A program made the position numbers and the translations under genes. Shown in pieces: positions 23,030-31,280 of a stretch of 64,000 nt of DNA (its first letter is position 1; every line of letters starts with the position of its first letter). Source of the DNA: Vallitaleaceae bacterium (GTDB lineage: Bacteria; Bacillota; Clostridia; Lachnospirales; Vallitaleaceae); the NCBI GenBank assembly GCA_963677885.1, contig OY782500.1, positions 5,098,136 through 5,162,135 on the forward strand, written 5' to 3'. The notes beneath the pieces are model-generated. The model was not told the origin of the DNA. It worked only from the letters and a program-made list of their open reading frames with translations, and made no database searches.

Positions 23030-23093
23030 ATATAGAGCTAGTCACTCCGCCCTTGCGCACTTCGTGAAGCCGGTCTGAGCAACTAGCTCTATA
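23030..23093. repeat. perfect 13-bp inverted repeat (ATATAGAGCTAGT / ACTAGCTCTATAT) flanking a 38-bp GC-rich spacer
   Basis: Read directly from the sequence. It sits at the boundary between clpE and the low-GC islet. Confidence 0.5.
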
Positions 23094-23407
23094 TTTCTGC
23101 TTAACTGGATATGCATAAAATTATAAATTATTGATAAGTTTACATATATAGAGTTAGAAGAAGTGATTTCTAGATATAGTATATAAGTTTTACAAACATA
23201 TACCTTACACAACCAAGAAGCTTAGCAAAAACCATAGAATAATCATAAACGCCTTAGAAATGCAAGATCCTTCAAGGTTCACAATTTTCTATAACTTCCT
23301 GACACTTCTCAGAACTCCATAGGTCTCTCCAGAAATCTTCAAAACGCTAAAATCTCCCACTTCCATTCATGACCCCCAACACAAACCACCCACTACATCA
23401 ATATATG

Positions 23408-23600
23408 ACACAAGGTGTAGGCCTAGGGTCTTGCTGGTTGGGCTTTGGCTCACGAATGCCTCTTGCATTGCTGTATCATTGTTCCTAACCCAGGCATTTG
23501 GGATCCACTCGCCCGACTAGTAAGAGCCCTAGGCCTTGCACCTGTCCGTTATACATTGAATGTCACCCTAGGCCTGCACCTGTCCGTTATAAATCGATTG
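23408..23600 (+). repeat. GC-rich hairpin repeat element, copy 3 (with a 26-bp internal direct duplication of its 3' arm)
   Basis: Core GGGCTTTGGCTCACGAATGCC ... CATTTGGGATCCACTCGCCCGACTAGTAAGAGCCCTAGGCC. The 5' arm ACACAAGGTGTAGGCCTAGGGTCTTGCTGG is nearly identical to copy 2. The 3' arm CTAGGCC(T)TGCACCTGTCCGTTATA occurs twice (23531-23556 and 23567-23592). It ends 8 nt before the stop of the convergent gene. Confidence 0.6.
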
Positions 23601-23602
23601 TA

Positions 23603-24424
23603 TTATTTGTTGTATATTCGAATTTGTTCGTCGAAGGAAACTAAGTTTATAAGATAGTCAGGTAGCTTTATAGAAGTGTAATAGTATTCAGCTTCCTCCT
23701 TACTAATAGCCTCAATATAATTTTTGGAATAATTCTTATCGGGACTTACATACCTTAGCATAAAGTCTACAGCCTTATTATAGGCTATAGCAGCTTTGTG
23801 GATGGATTTGTAGTGGCCGATGGTTACATAACCCTTAAGATGGATTTTGGCCTTGTAAACGAAGGATCCCTTGTGGACAACCTGTTCAACACCAAGGTAG
23901 GGGTTACGGATTTTAATGTTTTCATATCTGAAATTGTTTCGATTACCGTCAATAAAGAGATAATCTTTGCCATAGGAGGCGTAATTCCGGATACCGTAGC
24001 GGGACAGTATATTGGTTTGCATACCGTAGTCATTGACAAAAAGGTAGTTACCCTTGGCGAAAATCTTGTGGGAGGAGTAGAAGAATAGGTCATCAACATC
24101 AAAGATTAGGATCCTGTCCTGGTCCATATGATAGGTGAAATAGTTTTTGGACAGGTAAATAGGGGTCTTGAAATAAAGACCATTGTCCCGGAAGTTCATG
24201 ATGATCACCCATTTTTCATAGTCCATGGACTGGTCCGTATTCATATAGTCATCCAGTTTATAGAGTTTGCGGTCTAAGACCTTCTTAGCCAGTTTATAAC
24301 AGTTTTCTGCAATATTCCGGTCAGAGGATGAGCCTAGGCTGATATGACGGCCCTTATGTGTGATGGAAACCCTGTAGTAGACGTCTCCATTTTTTTTCTT
24401 TGTTTGATAGATACCTTTAGCCAT
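23603..24424 (-). CDS. AP2-domain / HNH_3-like putative homing-type endonuclease (AP2 - HNH-like - AP2 architecture)
   Basis: N-terminal GIYQTKKKNGDVYYRVSITHKGRHISLGSSSDRNIAENCYKLA fits the AP2/integrase-arm pattern (YRV...KGK.I.LG.F...E.A..AY). The central IDGNRNNFRYENIKIRN resembles the HNH_3 motif (HIDGN..NN...NL), but the usual His before IDGN is Phe. A second AP2-like segment is VYKAKIHLKGYVTIGHYKSIHKAAIAYNKAV. The locus has low GC. Confidence 0.55.
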   Translation of the reverse strand: MAKGIYQTKKKNGDVYYRVSITHKGRHISLGSSSDRNIAENCYKLAKKVLDRKLYKLDDYMNTDQSMDYEKWVIIMNFRDNGLYFKTPIYLSKNYFTYHMDQDRILIFDVDDLFFYSSHKIFAKGNYLFVNDYGMQTNILSRYGIRNYASYGKDYLFIDGNRNNFRYENIKIRNPYLGVEQVVHKGSFVYKAKIHLKGYVTIGHYKSIHKAAIAYNKAVDFMLRYVSPDKNYSKNYIEAISKEEAEYYYTSIKLPDYLINLVSFDEQIRIYNK

Positions 24425-24663
24425 TTAGAATCCAATCTCTTACAAATTATTTAATATTTTCTTCATTATACCATTTTCGTATAAAAAAAGGGAGACAAGA
24501 TCTTCCAAATTTCCTATTGGGCAAAATGAATAAAAAATTGCAGAGCCCAAAAAAATGCATAAAAAAACATCATAGGTGTGTTACTTGCTATTGTTTTTGC
24601 CTAAAAAATATGAATAAATAGTCTGAAAACTTTTTAAACTTAACAAAGAGCCGGCATTTCCAT

Positions 24664-24692
24664 TGACTGAATATCTGGATGTAGTATAATAG
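24664..24692 (+). promoter_or_regulatory. strong sigma-A promoter (TTGACT, 17-nt spacer, TATAAT)
   Basis: TTGACTGAATATCTGGATGTAGTATAAT, about 100 nt upstream of the SleB-like gene. Confidence 0.5.
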
Positions 24693-24791
24693 CAAAGACT
24701 TCAAAAAACGGCTATTTTGGACGGCCTTTTTTGGAGTCTTAATTTTTGGTTTGCTACGTGCCAAATAATGTAGTGGATGAAAGGACAAGAC

Positions 24792-25655
24792 ATGAATTTT
24801 TTTAAAAAGTTATTTGAGTTTTTGTTTCACAAAGATCATATAATATCTAAAAAAGTTTATACCTTTGGTGCCGTTGTCGTTACTACCTGTATCGTTAGCG
24901 CTATGATTCTTGGAGCCAATGGATATGCTTCGAGTATGTATAATGATGCTGCTGAAAAAGAGCAGGACATCATCGCTAATGAAGAAGAAATGAAAGAACT
25001 GGAAGTCATGGAGACTGAGGAAGAGGACCTGGTTTCACAGGAATTGCTCCTGTCTGATAATGATTACAGTCGATATGAAAGTGGTTACTGGAAAGATTAT
25101 GTAGACACTTTGGTTTCATCTTCAAACTCGCAGGCGGATAAAAAGACCTTGGCAATAGGACAAGACAAGAATCTTAGTCTTAGCACCTCCGGTAGAGACA
25201 GTGAAGATGGATACGTTACAATTACATCCGCAGATGTTGATGTGACACCAAATCGTGATCCAATTACAATATCTGATTCAGATTATCAAGTATTATTAAC
25301 AATTGTTGAGGCAGAAGTAGGTACAGAGGACCTCTATACCCGTATGATGATTGCCAATACAATTATCAACAGAATGTTACATGACTACTATCCTGATACT
25401 ATTGAAGACGTAGTATTTCAAAATGATGGTAAAGTTTATCAGTTTTCACCAATCCTAGATGGAAGATATTGGGAAGTGGCTGTTTCAAAGAAAACAATCG
25501 AGGCTGTTAACAATGCACTTGCAGGTTACGATAACAGTCAAGGGGCTCTGGCCTTTGTTAACCGTGAAATCACACACCCTGATATTATGCAATGGTTTGA
25601 TAATAACCTGATTTTTGTTACCAAATATGGTAAAGTAGAGTATTTTAGATTTTAA
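24792..25655 (+). CDS. membrane-anchored cell-wall hydrolase, SleB-like (Hydrolase_2) C-terminal domain
   Basis: N-terminal TM helix (VYTFGAVVVTTCIVSAMILGA). The C-terminal region LLTIVEAEVGTEDLYTRMMIANTIINRM...VFQNDGKVYQFSPI...ALAFVN is typical of the SleB cortex-lytic hydrolase domain. Start chosen at ATG 24792 (RBS AAAGGA). Confidence 0.6.
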   Translation: MNFFKKLFEFLFHKDHIISKKVYTFGAVVVTTCIVSAMILGANGYASSMYNDAAEKEQDIIANEEEMKELEVMETEEEDLVSQELLLSDNDYSRYESGYWKDYVDTLVSSSNSQADKKTLAIGQDKNLSLSTSGRDSEDGYVTITSADVDVTPNRDPITISDSDYQVLLTIVEAEVGTEDLYTRMMIANTIINRMLHDYYPDTIEDVVFQNDGKVYQFSPILDGRYWEVAVSKKTIEAVNNALAGYDNSQGALAFVNREITHPDIMQWFDNNLIFVTKYGKVEYFRF

Positions 25656-25976
25656 TAGATCCATTTGCAATCGTAAGAACTGTCGTATAAACTTAGGTTT
25701 ATCTTCAGTTCTTTTTTCTTAAGAAAGAAATTGCTGAAAAAGCAGACAATTCCAGTGGAGCAAGAAGAACAATTCGCCAAGCTTTTGATCTTGAATGTGT
25801 TTGTGTGAAAAACAATTGTTTTCCTGTGGAATATATGTTATACTTTCTCAAAGGTCAGGAAATGACGATTTACCTATAAAGTTTACCTGGCAGATTGAAG
25901 AGTAATGATACACTCTTATATAGTAGGAAATTTGAAATCTGAAAGGAGGAAGTGGTGCTGCTGCATCACATCTAAC

Positions 25977-27464
25977 ATGGAGAAATTACATTATAACAGT
26001 ACAAGAGGACAAGAAGTCGGTCTTACTGCATCTCAGGCTATAGTAAAAGGTCTTGCAAGTGATGGCGGTCTCTTTGTTCCTTCCTATATACCAACAGCAG
26101 ATTTTGATTTTGAAAGTTTGAAGGATAAAAGTTACCAGGAGATTGCCTGCCAGGTGCTGGGACTTTTTCTGGATGATTTTACAGAGGATGAGATTAAGCA
26201 CTGCGTTTACAGCGCTTATGACAGCAAGTTTGATGACCAGGCAATTGCTCCTTTAGTAAAAAAAGGTGATCACTATTATTTGGAACTATTCCATGGCTCG
26301 ACCATTGCCTTTAAAGATATGGCCCTTTCCATATTGCCTTATCTGATGACCACATCAGCCAAAAAGCAGGGGATTACCAAAGACATTGTTATTTTAACAG
26401 CTACATCCGGAGATACAGGCAAGGCTGCCCTTGCAGGTTTTGGTGATGTAGAAGGGACTAAGATCATCGTCTTCTATCCAAAATCAGGTGTTTCCAAGAT
26501 TCAGGAAAGACAGATGATCACCAGTGAAGGTGCCAATACCCATGTTGTCGGTATTACCGGCAACTTCGATGATGCCCAAACAGGTGTGAAAGAGATTTTT
26601 AACGACAAGGCTTTCAACGACAGGTTGGCTGATATGGGCTGTCAGTTGTCCAGCGCTAATTCAATCAATATCGGAAGACTTCTACCACAAGTGGTTTACT
26701 ATGTCTATACCTATTCCAGATTAGTGAAAGAGGGACAAGTAACGAATGGTCAGCCTATGAATGTTGTCGTTCCAACAGGTAATTTCGGTAATATCCTTGC
26801 TGCCTATTATGCAAAAAGAATCGGTACGCCTATTAACCAGCTTGTATGTGCCAGCAACGATAACAAGGTCCTTTTTGACTTTTTTGAAACAGGTACTTAT
26901 GATAGAAGAAGAGATTTTATATTGACTATCTCTCCAAGTATGGATATTCTGATTTCCAGTAATCTGGAACGTTTGATATATGAAATTGCCGGAGAAAATC
27001 CGGATATGGTTAACCACTTGATGGATAAATTGAAGTCTGAAGGTATGTATACCATCACTGCAGATATGAAAAATGAGTTGGTTGATTTTCATCCTGGTTT
27101 TGCCAGTCATGAGGATACTCTGGCAGCAATCGCAAAAGAGTTTTCAGAAAGCTCCTATATGATTGACCCTCATACAGCTGTTGCCAAAGCCGCTTTTGAC
27201 AGTTATACTAATAAGAGAGATGACTTGTCTCCGACAGTAATCGTATCCACAGCCAGTCCTTACAAGTTCACCAAGTCCACTTTGTTGGCCATTGATGCAA
27301 AATATGGGGACATGGATGATTTTGACTTGCTTCATGAACTGGAGAAGATGACCCATGTGGAGATTCCGGCTGCTGTGAAAGATATTGACAAGCGTCCGAT
27401 ATTACATAATACAATATGTGACAAGGAAGATATGCCACAAGTGGTTCTGGATTTCCTGTCATAA
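25977..27464 (+). CDS. thrC: threonine synthase
   Basis: MEKLHYNSTRGQ...GGLFVP N-terminus typical of ThrC, with a PLP lysine region (TIAFKDMALS). About 495 aa from ATG 25977; the track ORF starts 24 codons earlier with no support. Confidence 0.9.
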   Translation: MEKLHYNSTRGQEVGLTASQAIVKGLASDGGLFVPSYIPTADFDFESLKDKSYQEIACQVLGLFLDDFTEDEIKHCVYSAYDSKFDDQAIAPLVKKGDHYYLELFHGSTIAFKDMALSILPYLMTTSAKKQGITKDIVILTATSGDTGKAALAGFGDVEGTKIIVFYPKSGVSKIQERQMITSEGANTHVVGITGNFDDAQTGVKEIFNDKAFNDRLADMGCQLSSANSINIGRLLPQVVYYVYTYSRLVKEGQVTNGQPMNVVVPTGNFGNILAAYYAKRIGTPINQLVCASNDNKVLFDFFETGTYDRRRDFILTISPSMDILISSNLERLIYEIAGENPDMVNHLMDKLKSEGMYTITADMKNELVDFHPGFASHEDTLAAIAKEFSESSYMIDPHTAVAKAAFDSYTNKRDDLSPTVIVSTASPYKFTKSTLLAIDAKYGDMDDFDLLHELEKMTHVEIPAAVKDIDKRPILHNTICDKEDMPQVVLDFLS

Positions 27465-27478
27465 GAAGGAGCAGATTC

Positions 27479-28009
27479 ATGGATGGATTTAAGGGTAGAC
27501 GTAAAGAAGTACCTTATAACCGTATGCTAAAAGATGCACTGGCCCAGGTACCAAAAGGTGCATTCCTTACTGTTAAGAAAAATGGTGAGGTTAACACCAT
27601 GACCATCGGTTGGGCAACCTCTGGGGTTATGTGGGGTAGAAATGTTTTTGTAATTGGTGTGAGGCCAAGTCGATATACATATGGACTGATTGATATGGGA
27701 GATGCTTTTACCATAAGTGTTCCGGTCAATCAACAGTTAAAGAAGCAGATTGGCTACGTTGGCAGTCGCTCAGGCAGGAATGTCGATAAATTTGAAGAAT
27801 CCGGTTTGACACCAGTTCAAGGTATGGAAGTTGATGTACCTATTATAGGAGAATGTGGCTTACACTTTGAATGTAAGGTAATTGCCAAACATCAATTGGA
27901 TCCTGATTTTATTGATGAAGTTATTAAGAACAGACATTATCCTGAAGGTGATTTCCATATGATATTCTATGGAGAAATCCTCAAAAGCTATAAGATTATG
28001 GAAGACTAA
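27479..28009 (+). CDS. flavin reductase-like (FMN-binding split-barrel) domain protein
   Basis: 176 aa. Pattern LTVKKNGEVNTMTIGWATSG...FVIGVRPSRYTYGLI is typical of the flavin reductase / flavoredoxin family. Confidence 0.55.
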   Translation: MDGFKGRRKEVPYNRMLKDALAQVPKGAFLTVKKNGEVNTMTIGWATSGVMWGRNVFVIGVRPSRYTYGLIDMGDAFTISVPVNQQLKKQIGYVGSRSGRNVDKFEESGLTPVQGMEVDVPIIGECGLHFECKVIAKHQLDPDFIDEVIKNRHYPEGDFHMIFYGEILKSYKIMED

Positions 28010-28032
28010 AAGATCCTATGGATATCTTAATA

Positions 28033-28072
28033 AAGAGCTGATATACCACTAGCTGGTATGTCAGCTCTTTCT
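28033..28072. terminator. bidirectional hairpin terminator between convergent genes
   Basis: AGAGCTGATATACCACTAGCTGGTATGTCAGCTCT palindrome with A/T runs on both sides. Confidence 0.5.
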
Positions 28073-28093
28073 ACGTTCATGTTTAAATTGGTC

Positions 28094-28984
28094 TTATTTA
28101 AGATAATTTTTCTGGGGATGAATCTGGGTGGCGTTGAGATGAACAATAACATCGTTAACGGACTCATGTTCCATGAGAAGGTTCTTGACCTGCTCGCTGA
28201 TTTCGTGGCCTTCAAAGATGGAGATATTGCCGTCAACACTAATTTTGACCATAAGCAAAAAAGTAAGGCCAACAGGTTTGCTGGTGATGGTGTCAATATG
28301 ATCCACTCCCTTAACCTGACTGATCTTCTTGACCAATTCGTTTTTAATATCATCGTCCAGAGTTGTGTCCATAAGGACGTAATAGGCACTTGAGAAAATG
28401 GTAAAACCTGTATAAGCAATCCAAATACCAATCAGAAGACCTACAATAGCATCGACGACAAAAAGGTTGAAGTAACCGGTAATAATTGACATAAGGGTAA
28501 AGCTGGTAATAAAAACATCGTTTCTGTGATCTTCAGCATTGGCAAGGGCAAGCAGGGAGTTGTATCTATGGCCTATCTTATTACAATATATAAACAAGCT
28601 TGCCTTAACACCGATTGTAAAGAGAGCAACAATTAAAAGCCAATGGGAATAAATAAAGGTGGCCTGGAACCTAAGGGAGTCGATTGAGGACCGAACGATA
28701 TTGTAGGCTACGATAACCAGCGAAAAACTGATGATCATGGAAAAAATATACTCAGCTTTACCATGACCGTAAGGATGGTCGTGGTCAAAGGGCTCGTTGG
28801 AGATATGATTACCAATATAGGTCATAACCGAGGCGAATACATCTCCGGCACTGTTTAAGCCATCAGCAATCATAGCCTGACTTTTGCTGATAAAACCGAT
28901 GATGAGTTTTAAGATTAAGAGTATGATATTGAAGATGATGCCGAGGATGGCAACTCTTCGTATGGATTGATGTCGTATGTCCAT
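28094..28984 (-). CDS. cation diffusion facilitator family transporter (CzcD-like)
   Basis: 296 aa with 6 TM helices and a C-terminal cytoplasmic domain. CDF signature in TM2 (ADGLNSAGDVFAS) and a His-rich segment (DHDHPYGHGKAEY). Confidence 0.85.
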   Translation of the reverse strand: MDIRHQSIRRVAILGIIFNIILLILKLIIGFISKSQAMIADGLNSAGDVFASVMTYIGNHISNEPFDHDHPYGHGKAEYIFSMIISFSLVIVAYNIVRSSIDSLRFQATFIYSHWLLIVALFTIGVKASLFIYCNKIGHRYNSLLALANAEDHRNDVFITSFTLMSIITGYFNLFVVDAIVGLLIGIWIAYTGFTIFSSAYYVLMDTTLDDDIKNELVKKISQVKGVDHIDTITSKPVGLTFLLMVKISVDGNISIFEGHEISEQVKNLLMEHESVNDVIVHLNATQIHPQKNYLK

Positions 28985-29104
28985 GGTGGTCCTTTCTTCT
29001 CATTATATAGTTCATTATACATAAGTCTAAAAAATTGTTCAAATATGTTTGACACTCATATTTGCAAGTGATAAAATAGTAAGGTAATTAAAAAGTTTAT
29101 TATT

Positions 29105-29123
29105 TAACAATGATTATCAGTTA
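29105..29123. promoter_or_regulatory. candidate Fur/PerR-family operator (19-bp imperfect palindrome TAACAATGATTATCAGTTA) in the rubrerythrin promoter region
   Basis: It lies between a TTGACA-17-TAAAAT promoter (29051-29079) and the rbr RBS. PerR control of rubrerythrin in anaerobic Firmicutes is established knowledge; the site assignment here is inference. Confidence 0.4.
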
Positions 29124-29181
29124 CAAAGAAAGATTACAAATATTGTACGATGAATCATTGTAAAATGCAAGGAGGAAAGTA

Positions 29182-29766
29182 ATGAGTTTAAAAGGTACAA
29201 AAACTGCGGACAATTTAATGAAAGCTTTTGCAGGTGAATCACAAGCTAGAAATCGTTATACCTATTATGCATCAGTAGCTAAAAAAGAAGGTTATGTACA
29301 AATTTCTAACCTCTTCCAAGAAACAGCTGATAATGAAAAAGAACATGCTAAGCGTTTCTTCAAGTTTTTGAAGGAAGACCTTAATGGTGAAGTTCTCGAA
29401 ATCAATGGAGCTGGTTACCCTGTATCCTTAGGTGATACGGTATCCAACCTAAAAGCGGCTGCAGCTGGCGAGAATGAAGAATGGACTGAACTTTATCCTG
29501 CATTTGCTGCTACAGCAGACGAGGAAGGATTCCCAGCAGTAGCTGCAGCCTTCAGATTCATCGCTGAAGTAGAGAAACACCATGAAGAAAGATACTTAAA
29601 GCTTGCTGCTAATGTAGAAAAAGCTGAAGTATTCAAAAAGGGCGAAGAAGTATCCTGGAAATGTAACAACTGTGGTTATATTGCATTTGGTGTGGAAGCT
29701 CCAAAAGTATGCCCAGCTTGTGTGCATCCACAGGCTCACTTTGAACTTCTTTGTGACAATTTCTAA
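29182..29766 (+). CDS. rbr: rubrerythrin
   Basis: 194 aa with an N-terminal ferritin-like diiron domain (E..H motifs) and a C-terminal rubredoxin-like CxxC...CxxC (CNNCGY...CPAC). Confidence 0.9.
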   Translation: MSLKGTKTADNLMKAFAGESQARNRYTYYASVAKKEGYVQISNLFQETADNEKEHAKRFFKFLKEDLNGEVLEINGAGYPVSLGDTVSNLKAAAAGENEEWTELYPAFAATADEEGFPAVAAAFRFIAEVEKHHEERYLKLAANVEKAEVFKKGEEVSWKCNNCGYIAFGVEAPKVCPACVHPQAHFELLCDNF

Positions 29767-29818
29767 GATTGTCTAATGGCATTCAATCCATAATGAAATA
29801 ATCGTTTTTTTATATAAT

Positions 29819-29850
29819 AACCGTCAGCAATTCAGTGCTGACGGTTTTTT
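29819..29850 (+). terminator. intrinsic terminator after rbr
   Basis: AACCGTCAGCAATTCAGTGCTGACGGTT plus TTTTT. Confidence 0.7.
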
Positions 29851-30109
29851 ATATTTTTATGGCTCTAGCCAAATCATGGAAAAGACCTTAAGGATAATAG
29901 ATCTTGTTGAAGACAAGGAGGGATTGATGTGTGGGTATATATAACTACACATATCTAATTAGTATAGCCTATAGTAACATAGTGACCCTTAAGTTTCTGT
30001 ATCTTGTTGTCTAAAATCCTTCCTAATCATTGAAAATAAGTTTTTTTTTGGGTATAATTCAGTAATGGAGTGGTCTATAGACCATATATATAAATAGAAG
30101 GAGTACAAT

Positions 30110-31207
30110 ATGCGGTTCGTGCCAGTTCATGGGTTGATGGAAGGGATGACAGTCGGGAAAAGCTTATACGACATCAACCATAAATTATTGCTGAGTCAAG
30201 GCAATATTATCACAAGAAAATATGTCGATCGAATTGTACAATTAGGATATCAGGGCATTTATATTGATGATGAATTATCAGCAGATATAGAGGTCAAGGA
30301 TGTTATTCGAGACGAGCTCAGGATGAAAGCGATCCAATCATTAAAGGATGCTTTTATTTTTACGGATTTAGAGACCAAAGGGGGACAGGCCCAGGCCAAG
30401 AAGAAAATTGATGTGACCAAGATGATGATTACCAATATTGTTGAGGAAATTATCGAAAACAAGGATACTATGGTCAATCTCATCGATTTAAAGTTTTTTG
30501 ATGATTATACTTTTTTCCATTCGGTGAACGTGGCTGTTTTATCGGTCTTAGTCGGTGTGGAATTAGGTCTTGCCAGAGAACAGCTTTTTAACTTGGGACT
30601 TGCAGGAATCCTTCATGATATCGGCAAGATTTATATTGATAAAGATATTCTCAACAAACCAAGCAAGTTGACTTCAGATGAATATGAAGTCATGAAAAAA
30701 CATTCAGAATTCGGTTACAATTACCTCAAGGAAACCTATGAAATACCATCTGCCTCTTATGTGGCAGTTCTTCAGCACCATGAGCAATATGACGGCCAGG
30801 GTTATCCCGAAGGTAAGAAAGATAATGATATCTCACTGCTGGGTAGAATTATCTGTATGTGTGATGTCTATGATGCCTTAACATCCAATAGACCATACAG
30901 AAAGCAACTGCTGCCTTCAGAGGCAATGGAATATATTATGGCCAACGGGGGTATTATGTTTGACGTTAATCTGACCAAGATTTTCGCCAGAAAAGTTGCA
31001 CCTTTTCCTGTTGGAACTTATGTGAGACTATCCAATGGCTTTTTGGGAATCGTTACAGAGAATTTTGAGGAAGCCTGTATGCGGCCAAGGGTCAAGATTA
31101 TTCTTGATAAGAAAGGCAAGCGTATTATGCCTAGAATTGTGGACCTCAAGAATGACCGTTATTTAAGGAGCGTTACCATTACCGGTATTAATGATCTTTC
31201 TTCATAA
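30110..31207 (+). CDS. HD-GYP domain protein (putative c-di-GMP phosphodiesterase)
   Basis: 365 aa. HD motif ILHDIGK, and the downstream HHEQYDGQGYPEG matches the HD-GYP signature. Confidence 0.8.
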   Translation: MRFVPVHGLMEGMTVGKSLYDINHKLLLSQGNIITRKYVDRIVQLGYQGIYIDDELSADIEVKDVIRDELRMKAIQSLKDAFIFTDLETKGGQAQAKKKIDVTKMMITNIVEEIIENKDTMVNLIDLKFFDDYTFFHSVNVAVLSVLVGVELGLAREQLFNLGLAGILHDIGKIYIDKDILNKPSKLTSDEYEVMKKHSEFGYNYLKETYEIPSASYVAVLQHHEQYDGQGYPEGKKDNDISLLGRIICMCDVYDALTSNRPYRKQLLPSEAMEYIMANGGIMFDVNLTKIFARKVAPFPVGTYVRLSNGFLGIVTENFEEACMRPRVKIILDKKGKRIMPRIVDLKNDRYLRSVTITGINDLSS

Positions 31208-31280
31208 TGACTGCAAGTAGGTCTCTTGGTAATGGATACTATAGATAAATGAATATTTTTTATGACTGGGCCATGCTCAG

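Noticed and set aside
25905-25976. Extended N-terminus of the thrC ORF (MIHSYIVGNLKSERRKWCCCITSN)
   Set aside because: Threonine synthase homologs begin at MEKLHYNSTRG. The extension would start within the promoter/leader region and encodes an implausible CCC-containing peptide.
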